A program made the position numbers and the translations under genes. A stretch of DNA of 64,000 nucleotides, from contig OZ024743.1 in assembly GCA_964016885.1 (NCBI GenBank), positions 304,358,001 to 304,422,000 of the forward strand. Direction: 5' to 3'. Shown piece by piece: positions 50,136 through 63,626 of the stretch (position 1 is its first letter; every line of letters starts with the position of its first letter). The notes under the pieces were generated by a model, which was not told where the DNA came from, ran no database searches, and worked only from the letters and a program-made list of their open reading frames with translations. The DNA comes from Eledone cirrhosa. Lineage: Eukaryota.

Positions 50136-51319
50136 ACAAATATAGACCCAACAGAGAAAAAATTATCGAGAGTATCTCAGTGTTCTAAGAACAATTTTTA
50201 GCGAATACTTTCCAGTCTGGCATAATTTCCTTTGATACGCACTGTAATATAACAGGTGCATCATTATCTGTTGTTTGTAAAGCCAAATGGCTTGGGAAGC
50301 TGGAAGGTTTCAATGAGGTTTACGGAAATCATTATCAAGACAGTGAGAAAAATGTCTGTGGTTGACTTCATCTCTTTCTAGGTTTAACACTACTAGAGGA
50401 CCATTGGTCTGTTTAGCATGAATTTATGAATAGAATGTTCAATATCAATGTAATCAATTACAATATTACACAGTCGTAATCAAGTACAATAGAAATTCGT
50501 TCAGAAGGTTTACATCGACCAGAGAATATATTAGAATTTAGATGGTTAAAGCGACACACAGTATAAGAGAACATAGAACCATAAGATTGCGGACATCACT
50601 TTATAGCTATCAGTATATTTTGCGATGTTCTCTGTAGCGTGTGTGAAACGACAATCATAGATACTTTCGCTTATATGTATATACTAATGATTAAGCTCTC
50701 TAACTTTAGCTTGCAGTGTGTTTGTGTGGCATATAAACCATCGAATGTTGCGTCAGGTTTTGGAGAAAGGTTAATTGGCTCCCAGTAGGCAATAAAAAAC
50801 TTCTATTGAATAGTTCCTACTGTCATGAAAATAAAAACACGAAGTAATTTTAATCTTAAGAGTGATGTATATAAACTCATAATCTCGTTCGAAATAGACT
50901 CTCTCACACACACACCTCCACACACATATCCATACACATATACATATGAGCACGAAACTACATGCACTCACGTTATTTCTTTATTTATTTCCACTCTGCC
51001 ATTCAGTTTTAATATGAGATGATATACGAAATAAATATTTTACTACATGCCTAAATATAAATATGTATTATGTTTAAATAAAGCATTAAGAGATATGTGT
51101 TTAAGGTTGTTTAGCGACCTCCGGTAATATGCGAAATTGTATCATAAAAGTTTAAGCAAGAGTAATGTTAAGTAAGAGAAACAAAATAAATCCATATCAT
51201 AAAACTTTCTACTTAACGTTTCATTTACATTTCGAAGTTAGAACACAGAAAAGAACCGAAATGTGGTGATGTCGCGAACTGTCTTCTGTTGTAGTGAGTT
51301 AGAGGTCGGTCACATTTTC

Positions 51320-51775
51320 AGTACCAAGATACCCAATTTGCCCACTCAGTCGTCAATATCCTCTCCCATATCCATGACAACAATCATGCTCTTCCATTGT
51401 TCAACTCGATATCCTTCTCCTCTGGCTCTTTACGCCTTTACTTCACGGTGGACATCACCTCCTTCTACAACGATTTCTCTCAGCACGACGATCTTCGCCT
51501 ATCCAACACTTTGGGGGTTTAAGTCCAATGCCATACCCTAATACATCCGCTTTTCTCCACCTTGTTGTGACGTTGTTACATCCAATCGTATTTCCTTTCC
51601 CGGAGATGTTTACCTGTAGATCTCTGGTTTTACCGTGCGAAACAAAATAGGCTCGAAATACTCCGATTTATTCGTTTGTTACGTTGAAGTCTAGATCCTT
51701 TCCCAATACAGGGGAACAGACTCTGCACGATTCGGTCGTTATATTGCCTTATATTGCCGGCTGTATCGACGCCAT
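51320..51775 (+). pseudogene. Decayed Penelope-type RT core fragment (third PLE lineage)
   Basis: SHIHDNNHALPLF...LYFTVDITSFYN...NRISFPGDVYL*ISGFTVRNKIGSKYSDLFVCYVE...FGRYI. This resembles YI.DT...TMDV.SLY...N.F.F.G..YLQ..G.AMG...P.YANLF...E...RYIDD. Confidence 0.7.
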
Positions 51776-51871
51776 CTCTCTCTCTGTTTCTCTATATATA
51801 TATATATCTGTTTCTATATATATATACAGTATATATATATATATATATATATATATACTGTATATATATAT

Positions 51872-52497
51872 ATTGTTATATTTTGGGAGGGTCATGTTGC
51901 CAATAAAAAACACACGCACTAGTGTTTCACTCCAATTTATTATAAATTAAAAACATTTTTTTATTTTTTCAAAAAATTTATAAATTTCCAGTTGGTTGGT
52001 TGGTTGGTTAGTTGGTTCCACAACCGGACGTTTGTTCATATATTGTCAAAGTTCTTTTGTCATACATTGTGTGACCTCTTCAGTGACTGGGGATTATTTT
52101 CTTTGTTTTGTGCCTCCCCTTTGTTCTGTCCTACGCCATCTTGTTTTTGTTTTTTTGTGTTCTAACCACATAAACAAGATGGCGTAGGAGAGAACAAAGG
52201 AGAGGCACAAAACAAAGAAAATAATCCCCAGTCACTGAAGAGGTTACAGAATGTGTGACGAAAGAACGTTGACAATATATGAACAACCGTCCGGTTGTGG
52301 AACCAACCAACCAACCGGAAATTTATAAATTTTTTGAAAAAGTAAAAAGAAAAAATGTTTTTAATTTATAATAATTTGGAGTAAATCTAGGGTGCGTGTG
52401 TTTCTTATTGGCAACATGACCCTCCCAAAGTATAACAATATCGGTTTCAACAAACGTATTCAGATAAAGAATCTTGCTAAACAAATTCAGAAACGAT
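51872..52497. mobile_element. Inverted pair of PLE family A pLTR fragments
   Basis: Arms are about 51872-52146 and 52173-52440, with the tail running to 52497. HHRs lie at about 52046-52087 (-) and 52230-52274 (+). Confidence 0.88.
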
Positions 52498-52529
52498 ATA
52501 TATATATATATATCAGGAAATAAGAGTGA

Positions 52530-55063
52530 CACGGTTTGCTATACAAAAAAGGTTTTCAATCTCATTGCTGACAATTGTTTCTCTGAACTGGTAGGTCTAG
52601 AGATCGCTACCCGCTTATTTTCACGTTATTCGATCACCAATACAAAATTATAGCCAGTCAATTCATCGGAGCTTGTGAGAATGAAAAGAATATACAGGCA
52701 TGGCTACTATATATAGTAGTAATGGCATTCAATCAGAACAATAACAACAATACTAACAATGCTAGCAATAAATTATTTGAAATAATCACAACATCAATCT
52801 AGGTGGGAAGTATAGTATATCTACGATTTTAGCGTGTAAAACTAGCTGACATGAGGCAGATGTATAAAATTGACATGTAAAAGCTGTCATGGGGTGTATT
52901 ATATCTAGTGTAAAGGTAAGCCGGTGGCTTTAAACAATGTATGTCTGGTGGCCGTAAGAATCGTTTATTATCTGACAGATGAAGAATTTATCACTGTAGT
53001 GAGGATAGTAATATTGTGTGGTCTATATTGGATGAAAGGTTTGTCTATCTTTCTCATCATCAATAACATACATGTATACGACAACATTAACAGAGTAGCA
53101 ATATAATGGGCAAGTTAATACAGAGGTTAAGGGAGCAATATATATATATACATACATGCACACAAACATATATATATATATACACATATATACATACATA
53201 TAAAGAGAAAACATGCTGACTATAATTATAACAGGAGGAATGTAAAGTTATGTTGAAATGTTCTTGAATTTAGGTTCATGTGCTGACAGCAGCTGAGAAG
53301 AGATATGTTTATGGGTTGATGAGGTACTTACAGACATTAGTGTGGTATAGAACTAAGAAGGCTAGAATGTATTTAATGATTATATTTCTGTGGTGGTTCG
53401 TGCAGTGTAGTGGGTATCCTAAATTGAAAGCTAAGTTACATCGGTTCGATTGACGGAGGTTTAACTATTGTGAATTTAGTGGCGATCCTGTGTCTGCAGA
53501 AGATAGATCTTTCTAACTTGTTGTTAAGTAGCCCTTTTACATTTCTAAGGATATACAGTAATTCTAGATCACATAGCCTACAGTGGGACATACCGGTACT
53601 GTAGGTCTTTGCGGCCGACAACCTCGACCAGTATATACTGTAGTTGGTGTTGTTGTCCTTAAGTTCCCAGATTTTTTGGCAAGGGTTGTAGAACCCATAA
53701 GTGCACGATTTTTCATCGAATGTCTGTGCACATACCATCTTTTTTTAAAAGTACCCGCGGTGGATCCAATGTAATGCCAAGTGGAGTTGTCTGAGTTGAC
53801 CGTACACATGTACACTAGGCTCGAATCGAGGCATCTATTCGCCAATGGGCACCTATCCGGTAGGTGACAGTTACAGTTTGAGGTGTTATTTCGTGTAGCT
53901 TTTACACTGCTGTTTTGTACACTGCTATAAGTGGGTTGTGATTCATTCCCGTTGGGGTTTTGCTGCTGCGTGTTTGTATGCGCTTGCGGTTGTAATACTG
54001 TGATGTGTTTATGCTTATAATTTGGTGCTATGTTGCGCATAGGTGGGGCGGATTCCCTAGAGATATTTATGTGGTTGATCTTGCGTATGAGCGATTCTAT
54101 ATTTGCTGCCGTAGAGTATGAGAGTTGTATCGTGTTTCTATTGAGTATATTATGATATCTGTGTGAAATAGGGAAGTGTTTATCTATTAGTTTAAAGAAT
54201 GTAGAAGGCAGTCTGGTTTTTACAGAGGAGTTGAAGATTGGGTTGACCCATAGGTATTTTCTTTTTCTGATTCTTCTATTGTTTCTAGGGTTTACATTAT
54301 TAGTGTTTGGACAGCTTACTCTAGGTGCTACGTGCCTAACTCTATGCCTAGTCCTGTTATCTCTATTTTTGTGTGAGCGGTTCGTGTAATTGCTATTAGG
54401 TTTGTTTAAGTTGTCTTTATTCGCTATATACTGCAGTTTATCTTTATGTCCAGCCCTATGTAATGCTGCGTTATAATAGTTAGCATGTTCATTAAAAATG
54501 TCTAGGTTTGAGGATAAGCGGGATATTCTAAGGGATATACTACGTGCTATGGATCTGATTATAGATTTGGGGTGGTTTGAGTTATAACTAGTGTAGGCCA
54601 GATTTTCATTATTTTTGTGGAAAGGTTCTATTAATCCCATATTTAGATTTAGAGTCACATCTAGAAAGTTTACCTTCTTATGGTTCAGTTCGTAGGTAAT
54701 ACTTAGGCCTAGTTTTTTCTTAATCTTTCCATGCTCTGGTTGTTTAAGTTCCCAGCTATAAGGAGCGTGTCGTCTCTATAAATCCCTCCTTGGAGGTTAC
54801 TGAATTCCTTATGTAGGTTGTGTGCTATAAATAGCCCCACGATGTCAGTGATTTGCGCAGAGTCATTTGATCCCATTGTGATATCGAAGCTGTTTATCCT
54901 ATCTCTTCTTTCCCAGTAGCTATTTTCAGATTTTATGATAGTCCTTCTAACCGCTATTATTATTTCAATTTCCTCAGGGGTAAGATCGGAGTTATTTTGG
55001 GCAAATATAAGCGCTTTATCTAGGGTGGCTGGGTATATGGATGCATAGTAGTCGTTTATATCA
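52530..55063 (-). mobile_element. 5'-truncated Naiad-type PLE (RT, thumb, Zn-knuckle linker, GIY-YIG) with long 3' UTR and HHR
   Basis: FDINDYYASI...FDITMGSNDSAQITDIVGLF...IYRDD...VNFLDVTL; SNHPKSI; LWVNPIFN; CNCHLPDRCPLANRC; YIGSTAGTFKKRW..H; CRLCDLE...LLN.KLE...CRH (53436-55063). Confidence 0.9.
52560..52680 (-). ncRNA. Type I hammerhead with CCGATGA variant core
   Basis: tctcacaagct-CCGATGA-attgactgg...ccagttcaga-GAAA-caattg-TC-agcaatgaga. Stem I pairs gct/agc and tctca/tgaga, stem III is palindromic, and the site is GUC. Confidence 0.75.
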
Positions 55064-55569
55064 AATTGTATGAAGTTACATGTCTCCCTATTTCATATTT
55101 TATTGAACCATTCAATCGCCTCGTTAGTGTTATATATATATATATAAATTTATTTCTACCATACCATCTCTACCGCCATCTTGTTCACAGATGTACTGTA
55201 TCCCACACCTATCTCTACTTCACCTGCTCCCACTCTCACCCCACCTAATCCACAACCTTAATACGCTACTCCCTATTCCCACGTCTTGTTAGGCTCTTTT
55301 CGGCTCTGCAACCATGAGCCTGACTCTGAGACCCATTTCCAACACAGCTTCTCACTTCATCCAGTGTAGATAACCCACCACTTTTATCCAAGTTGTCCAT
55401 ACTCGAGTGCCTGAAACTGACGACACCACAAGCCCCTCATTTAATTACCTACCCTTCACATCCACCGTTTTGTCTCCCTCAACTTCCACCCGTCTAACTT
55501 ACCCCTGAAGTGCCGTATACGTATTTAATTCCGAACCTTCGTTTCTGTATACATCAACTCTTCATAAGA

Positions 55570-56270
55570 AAGAATTTCGAAGGAAGACGTCCAATAGCAA
55601 GTTAGGAAAATGTCAAACTAGAAATCTCCTGGACCAGATTAGATCCAGGGATTCTGGTTTCAAATATGTAAAAGTGTTCATTGCATGTTAGGGAAGTATT
55701 TAAATGATTGAGTACTACAGCAAGTAGTACCAAGTTGGATGTTTGCAGGAAACACAACTCTGATATTGAAAGATTAATGGAAAGATGGATTAGTCCGAAA
55801 TTAGAGGCCGATTGCGTGATTGAATTTGCTTTGGAGGCTGTTGATGTGTATCTGTGCTGCAAAAGTGTATGATCATTTGTTTCAGAATGAGATACTACCT
55901 GTCGAGCAGAAGGGGCTTAGAGAAAATTCCCTGGCAACCAAAGATCATCTTGCCGTTATTAAGGTGATCTGAGTAACTGCAAAAAAAGTCTAATGAATCT
56001 ATGTATGGCTTGGATAGATTTTAAGAAAGATATTGACATTGTTCCATATTCATGGGTATCGAAATGTTTGGGAAAATTTGGGATAGCACACTGTATTGTT
56101 AATGTAATATAATCTAGCATGCCTTTGGTGAAGTCACACTTGTATGCAGGTGTGGTCACTATAAGATGAGAAATATTTTAGGGAGATTCCTTCTCACCAT
56201 TGCACTTTCTTATTTTCATGATTGCTCTATCAATGCTCTTAGTGGATACAAATATTGGCTATCAGATAGA
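55570..56270 (+). pseudogene. Decayed R4/Dong-like non-LTR retrotransposon RT fragment
   Basis: N*KSPGPD*IQGFW; VPSWM..G.TTLI.K; N*RPIA*LN; ILPVEQKG...TKDHL; NLCMAWIDFKK..D.VPYSW; IF*GDSFSPL.F; GY. Confidence 0.8.
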
Positions 56271-56478
56271 CGTATGAATAGTAAGTAAATATATTGAGTA
56301 CATTGCACAAATAGGAGTTCCAATACGAGTGGAGAACGTGCAGAACACAGTATGGCATGGAACAGCTCGAATGTCCCGTCTCGGGCTTGAACAATCAGTC
56401 ACTGACAGTTAACAGGAGACACCATAATGAATCTCCAGTTTTAGAAGCTAGGCCAAAAAACATTAATTATTATTGTTA

Positions 56479-56660
56479 TGGCAGTATTGGTAGAGGGTCG
56501 GATGCCATGCTTTGCAGCAAAGTGTTACGGCCCTTTATGGTTTGAGTTCAAATCCCGCTGAGGTTAACTTTGCCTTTCATCCTTACGGGGTCGATAAAAT
56601 AAAGTACCAGTAATACACTGGGATAATTGCTGGCCTTGTGCCAAAAGTAGAAACAATTAT
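56479..56660 (+). mobile_element. tRNA-derived SINE
   Basis: Same family as 16958-17143, with the flanking repeat attattgttat. Confidence 0.85.
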
Positions 56661-58415
56661 TGTTATACTATGTCAATGTACCGGAGTTCGAATACCCATA
56701 CAATCGTAACTAAAGGTTTTGATAGCATTCGATGTCATTAAACTGGAATACCCACGTGTCGTTCCTTACCGAGCGTTTGCTAATTAGAAATTCAATGAGG
56801 CAAGGCGTCTGGATGTATGTAACTGTAGGCACTGCAGCCTGTACATATTTCCATCTCCATGGTGAAGTAGTTTCTGAAACGTAAGTCGTACGAATTCACA
56901 TAAAACAGATGCAGTGTGTTCACGTGTGTTTCAGGCTGCTAGAGCTTACATTTGTGGGCAGATACGATGAGGAAGTATTCCACTCTTGACACCTGCACTT
57001 GGCGAAGCACCCAGTGCACGTGTCTGACGGAAGTCTCGAAAGATTCTGTTGCTGAAATTGTTGAACAGTATCGGATCTGCTCTAGTCAATCTTCAGGCTA
57101 ATTATCGACAAGACACGTAGTGCTGTGAGCAGGGTGTGACAGGTATTATTAGCAGATCCACATATCTTTACATTATTAAAGTACCAAATAATATTCTCGA
57201 TTTGTACACATAATTATTATGAACTGCACGTATTTTATATATTTATTTTCTGTCTTTTAATATACAAATGATTGGCATACTATTCAAATTATTTTGTCTG
57301 GAAATGTGCGTAATTAGTTTATTATAACTATATACTTATCCTCCTGAAACTACTCTTTGATAATTAATGAATGGATTTGACAGCAAATTAGCTTGGCATT
57401 TTTTTAATTTTATTTCACGTTGTGTATTAATTGCATATCATATTAATTTTTCTTAGTTAGATCTCAAAAAATCATTGTTTCATATATATTTTTGAAGATT
57501 CTTTTATTGCTTGTAATTTTGATGCGACGACATATATCTTTAATATTTCTTTAAAATTAAAATCAATTCAAAGATTTACTAAAGATTTCAAAAATAAATG
57601 TCATAATATGAATTATCTAAGAGATACTTTTCGATAGCACCAATTATTCTTCCTTTACCATCTAATTCCATAACATATGCTAGTGAATATGAATATATTT
57701 ATGCTGTATAATTAATGCACTAATTCATTGTAAATACAATTAACTTTATATGAGAAATATATTTTTATGTATATCTATTCTCGTAAATCTATATAATGAA
57801 TCTATGTAAGTATGTTTATCTATTCTAAATATTAACAATAATATATATATATATATTCATATAAATGTGTGTGTGCGTGTATAATTATATATGTATATAT
57901 GTAAATATATATATGTATTGTTATACTTTGGGAGGGTCATGTTGCCAATAAGAAACACACGCACCAGTTGCTTTCACTTCAATTTAATTTAATATATATT
58001 TATAAATTTACAAATTTATAAATTTCTGGTTGGTTGGTTGGTTCCACAACCAGATAGTTGTTTATATATATATAGTCATAGTTCTTTCGTCACACACTCT
58101 GTGACCTCTTCAGTGACTGGGGATTTCTTTCTTCGTTTCTGTGCCTTTCCTTTCTTCTATCCTACGCCATTTTGTTTGTGTGTGGGTTGCGTGCTCAGTT
58201 TGCGCATGCGCCACATCCGGGTGTCTGTGTGTGTTTGTGTTCATTTTTCTATTTTTCTATTTATATTTGTTTGTTTATTTATTTATTTATTGTTGGTTGG
58301 TTGTTTGTTCTATGTGTGTGTGTGTTTTCATTTTGTCTTGTGTGTGTTTTCATTTTGTGTGTGTTTTCAATTGTAAGTTGTTTGTTCTATGTGTGTGTGT
58401 GTTTTCATTTTGTCC

Positions 58416-59613
58416 TTAATTGTAAGTTGTGATGTTGCTGTTCCACTCATATTTTCTATTTAATTTTGGTTTTAATTCTTTTATGCTTACTGCCTCTGTA
58501 ATTTGCCTAAACATTGCGTCTTTCTTGTGTGTGGATTCTATTTTTATTTCTATGCTCTCTAATTTACCCCTGTGTTCTATCTTAGCATGTTGGTAGAGCA
58601 CAGATGATTCTTTACTATCTTGGAGGTCTCGCCAGTGTTCATTTATTCGTTCCCCTATACTACGAGCTGTCTCACCTATGTACACTATATTTTTGTTTCT
58701 ACATTGTCCTTCAGTACATCTTATGCTATATACTACATTTCTAGTTTTACAGTTAATATGGGGGCTTATTTTACAGGTTATACATTTCTTATCTATACAT
58801 GAGGGTCTTTGGAACGGGTATGTCTTGCTAATAAGTGTTTTTACGGAGGTACCAGGTCTTTCTACTATCTTAATATTGAGATTATGTTTCTTTAGGGCCC
58901 TTCTAAATTTGTAGGCTAGTTCGCCTCTAGGGGTTGTATTGATGAACATTACACTCTGGTATTTATTGCTATCATACCATGAGTTTATTCTATTGGCCTT
59001 GTTCTTAGTTCTTTCTATTCTATTCCAAAATGTGCTCCTATACAAGGGGCAGGTCCCATTTATGTCATTATTTACCATTTTTTCCCATTTGGTTCTGGCT
59101 CCTTTATACACTCTGATTCTATCTCTCTGATTGTAGCCAGAGAACTGCATACGGTGGATGAAGTGTTGTATGTGTCTCTCTAGTTCTTCGGGGTTGCACA
59201 TGCGGGACACATTTCTCATCACCCGTATCAAATCCGCAATCAGTATGTTGATTTTGGTATGGTCCGAAATGGCCGAGTTTCGGTGGATCAGATGTTTGGA
59301 AGTCATGGGTTTGGCATAATGGGAATGGAGGATTTGTTTTTGGTTGTTAATAGTATCTAACCAGAGCTCTGTGTCTAGTACAGGTAATCGATGGTTGGGG
59401 TGTCTACTTGGGTAGTCTATAGTAACTCTAATGCTCTGGTGGATGGAGTTTGCTATTTGCTGGATGCTTTCCATTGTGTTTTGCTCTGGTTCCTGACTGT
59501 TCTTTAGTGGGGGTGTCTTAACTACGATGTTTATATCATCTACGTAGCGGGAGTACATTATCAGGGTTAAGCTGTCTTCTAATTGTTCTTTAAGTTTTTG
59601 TTTAAGTCTACTG
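58416..59613 (-). CDS. Inverted copy of the same truncated PLE ORF
   Basis: The protein is identical apart from two substitutions (EPEQ/EPEK, RSTF/RSKF) and an artefactual N-terminus. Confidence 0.8.
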
Positions 59614-60848
59614 CAGGCGACATAGCTAACTTGTTCATGGTATGGTGGGACAGTAGACTTAAACAAAAACTTAAAGAACAATTAGAAGACAGCTTAACCC
59701 TGATAATGTACTCCCGCTACGTAGATGATATAAACATCGTAGTTAAGACACCCCCACTAAAGAACAGTCAGGAACCAGAGAAAAACACAATGGAAAGCAT
59801 CCAGCAAATAGCAAACTCCATCCACCAGAGCATTAGAGTTACTATAGACTACCCAAGTAGACACCCCAACCATCGATTACCTGTACTAGACACAGAGCTC
59901 TGGTTAGATACTATTAACAACCAAAAACAAATCCTCCATTCCCATTATGCCAAACCCATGACTTCCAAACATCTGATCCACCGAAACTCGGCCATTTCGG
60001 ACCATACCAAAATCAACATACTGATTGCGGATTTGATACGGGTGATGAGAAATGTGTCCCGCATGTGCAACCCCGAAGAACTAGAGAGACACATACAACA
60101 CTTCATCCACCGTATGCAGTTCTCTGGCTACAATCAGAGAGATAGAATCAGAGTGTATAAAGGAGCCAGAACCAAATGGGAAAAAATGGTAAATAATGAC
60201 ATAAATGGGACCTGCCCCTTGTATAGGAGCAAATTTTGGAATAGAATAGAAAGAACTAAGAACAAGGCCAATAGAATAAACTCATGGTATGATAGCAATA
60301 AATACCAGAGTGTAATGTTCATCAATACAACCCCTAGAGGCGAACTAGCCTACAAATTTAGAAGGGCCCTAAAGAAACATAATCTCAATATTAAGATAGT
60401 AGAAAGACCTGGTACCTCCGTAAAAACACTTATTAGCAAGACATACCCGTTCCAAAGACCCTCATGTATAGATAAGAAATGTATAACCTGTAAAATAAGC
60501 CCCCATATTAACTGTAAAACTAGAAATGTAGTATATAGCATAAGATGTACTGAAGGACAATGTAGAAACAAAAATATAGTGTACATAGGTGAGACAGCTC
60601 GTAGTATAGGGGAACGAATAAATGAACACTGGCGAGACCTCCAAGATAGTAAAGAATCATCTGTGCTCTACCAACATGCTAAGATAGAACACAGGGGTAA
60701 ATTAGAGAGCATAGAAATAAAAATAGAATCCACACACAAGAAAGACGCAATGTTTAGGCAAATTACAGAGGCAGTAAGCATAAAAGAATTAAAACCAAAA
60801 TTAAATAGAAAATATGAGTGGAACAGCAACATCACAACTTACAATTAA
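59612..60848 (+). CDS. 5'-truncated PLE ORF: RT C-terminal part (YVDD) plus GIY-YIG endonuclease
   Basis: AGDIANLFM...RYVDDI...LPVLD...HYAKP...RMQFSGY...CITC...NCKTRNVVYSIRC..C..YIGETARSIGERINEH...EA..I....P.LN. The frame is open throughout. The listed N-terminus MFFKFLFKST is a junction artefact. Confidence 0.85.
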
Positions 60849-61145
60849 GGACAAAATGAAAACACACACACACATAGAACAAACAGCTTACAATTGAAAA
60901 CACACACAAAATGAAAACACACACAAGACAAAATGAAAACACACACACACATAGAACAAACAACCAACCAACAATAAATAAATAAATAAACAAACAAATA
61001 TAAATAGAAAAATAGAAAAATGAACACAAACACACACAGACACCCGGATGTGGCGCATGCGCAAACTGAGCACGCAACCCACACACAAACAAAATGGCGT
61101 AGGATAGAAGAAAGGAAAGGCACAGAAACGAAGAAAGAAATCCCC

Positions 61146-61190
61146 AGTCACTGAAGAGGTCACAGAGTGTGTGACGAAAGAACTATGACT
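61146..61190 (+). ncRNA. Minimal type I hammerhead of PLE family A
   Basis: agtca-CTGAAGA-g-gtcac(agagtgt)gtgac-GAAA-gaac-TA-tgact. The mirror copy is at 58074-58118. Confidence 0.82.
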
Positions 61191-61418
61191 ATATATATAT
61201 AAACAACTATCTGGTTGTGGAACCAACCAACCAACCAGAAATTTATAAATTTGTAAATTTATAAATATATATTAAATTAAATTGAAGTGAAAGCAACTGG
61301 TGCGTGTGTTTCTTATTGGCAACATGACCCTCCCAAAGTATAACAATATCGGTTTCAACACACGATTTCAGATAAAGAATCTTGCTAAACAAATTCAGAA
61401 ACGATATATATATGTAAT

Positions 61419-61449
<31 letters not shown>

Positions 61450-62239
61450 GCGGACAGTATTTGATTTACGGGCCGCGGAAACCCAAATGCTGGATTTTAC
61501 CAACCTTCCAGGGGTCCGGGTAAATTTTCAATCACAGATATTTTTATTTGTTGACCCGAATTACTTGATCGATTTTTTGGCTATACGAATGATTATTTAA
61601 CCATCGTCTTAGTGTGTTTGGCCTTTAACGTTTGTTATAGCTCTGGTTGATCTGAATCATTGAGCACTTGCCACACATCTCGGAGGTTGTTTTTCGTTAT
61701 TTCGTGGGCCGAAATGCGATTCTCGATAATTTATATTTATTTATATATATATATATATATATACAATGTTTCTTCCTTACGTAACCGTAGAATTCGTCAG
61801 AGCTATAAAAGGGGTTTGATTGGTGTTATGGACTCTACCAACCAAACATTCAAGAACAAAGAGTAAAGAGAGTAAAGAGCAAAAGTAGGGGACGATAAGT
61901 CTAATTTTGGTGCGGGAGGGTGGGGTGTGGGTCATTGTTTACTAGCTGCGGTCATATTCATTCCCGGGAGTCGAGTGGTTAGCTGAACCATAGATGGGGT
62001 GGCGTCGATAGTATGGTACAGAGGGTGTGCAGAGGCTACACAAACACAAAGGGCATACAATATATATATATATAACGGAGAAGAAAGTACATAAGGTAAT
62101 TAGAAATGGAAAAAGAGTAATAATAATAATCTATAATTAATAATGTATAATAAGGCATGGGGAAGATTACACTATAATAAGGTAAAATATAAAGGAGGAT
62201 AAAAGTGGAAATAATAAAGATAAAAAATATATATGTAAA

Positions 62240-63579
62240 AAAATATATAGAAGTATAAGCGAGTATTTGGAGGGGAAAACACAATGTAAAAAAATCGATT
62301 TTTTCAAATAAAAATACAAATATTATAATTATGGGGGGAGAAAACGGGATAGAGAAATATGATCAAATGTGATTAGTTGAGAGAATATAAGATTATAATA
62401 GTTATGTCAAGTTTATACATCTTAATAATAAATAATCTGTGTATCAGAGTTACAGAACCTTCAATTCACTTACAGGTTCAAGCGACGTGGCATAATCCAT
62501 TGTTTATCTGTGCGGTCATGCGCGTTTGTTTTTGACACCACAGCAGATGCACAAGTTCGTAAATTCCAATGCAGATAGAAATCTATTTTTGCTCACCCGG
62601 ACATTGACGGAGGATCCAATATTCCTAGTTCAATACGTGTGTGGTGTTATTTTGGTCGCACAAATCAATCACTTGGTTCAATATTATGAAGTATGGTTTT
62701 CTGGTCTTCGTAACAGTGTCAGTGGTTTTATATTCTCGAAATCACAAGGATCACAGTATTCCGGTTTGGTGTGATTATCGGTATTCCAGCTATGTTGTTG
62801 GTGGTTGGATTCAATTATATTGCCCCGAACGTAGAACTTTCGTGTCGATAGAACATTAACGAGGCAGGGTGAGATCGCATCTGTGGTACAAAACTGTACG
62901 CAAGGAAATTCTTCGTCTTCGTTTCATCCGGGTCCAGCAGTCACGTGCAAGAACCGCTACGTAGTAATTGTGGGGTTAATCGGTCAGCAACTGACCGAAA
63001 ATTATCTTAGGAATTCAGACAGGCATGACAGGTACATTTAGGTCAGCAGCTTCTTTATATGTACGTTTGTCCGATACACACAGACACATATCCATATGTA
63101 TTTCAACTCAAAAAATTCAGTTGATTCGCCTATTGATATTATATCTGTGTTTCTCCGATGTGCATGTTGTGGTGTTCTGGTCGTGCATAGCATTCACTGT
63201 ATTTTGCCATTACCTTGGAATGTGACGTTATGGTCATCAATAGTCCGGCAAGTGCATTTCTCTCTTATATTGCGGAGAATGGTGTTCTGGTCCTCGGTAA
63301 ACATTTGGGTCAGCAGGAGGGGTGGTGGTTCTCAGTTTCAACTTCGACAATACATATGTGTTACTCTACATATCGTGCTCCTCTCAAAGAAGAGTATTAT
63401 AGGAGGAATGCCAACCACCACATATAGAGAGGATTTCTACAGAAAAGTATACATACATATACACATATATACACACATAATACACACACACATACACATA
63501 CACACACATACGCATACATACATATATTCATATACATGTCACATATACACATACACACAATATAATTCGCATGCATACA

Positions 63580-63626
<47 letters not shown>

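Larger units (their letters stand above)
57916..61404. mobile_element. Young PLE family A insertion as a head-to-head inverted duplicate
   Basis: Arms 57916-59613 and 59651-61348 are 1698 bp each and differ at only a few positions. The 37-bp spacer is native RT sequence. The right arm extends to 61404. Confidence 0.95.

Noticed and set aside
59583-59681. Overlapping divergent 421-aa genes with a shared N-terminus
   Set aside because: The shared start arises from the palindrome junction; both are 5'-truncated PLE frames.
62440-63420. Possible decayed LINE coding sequence
   Set aside because: No diagnostic RT or endonuclease motif could be read.
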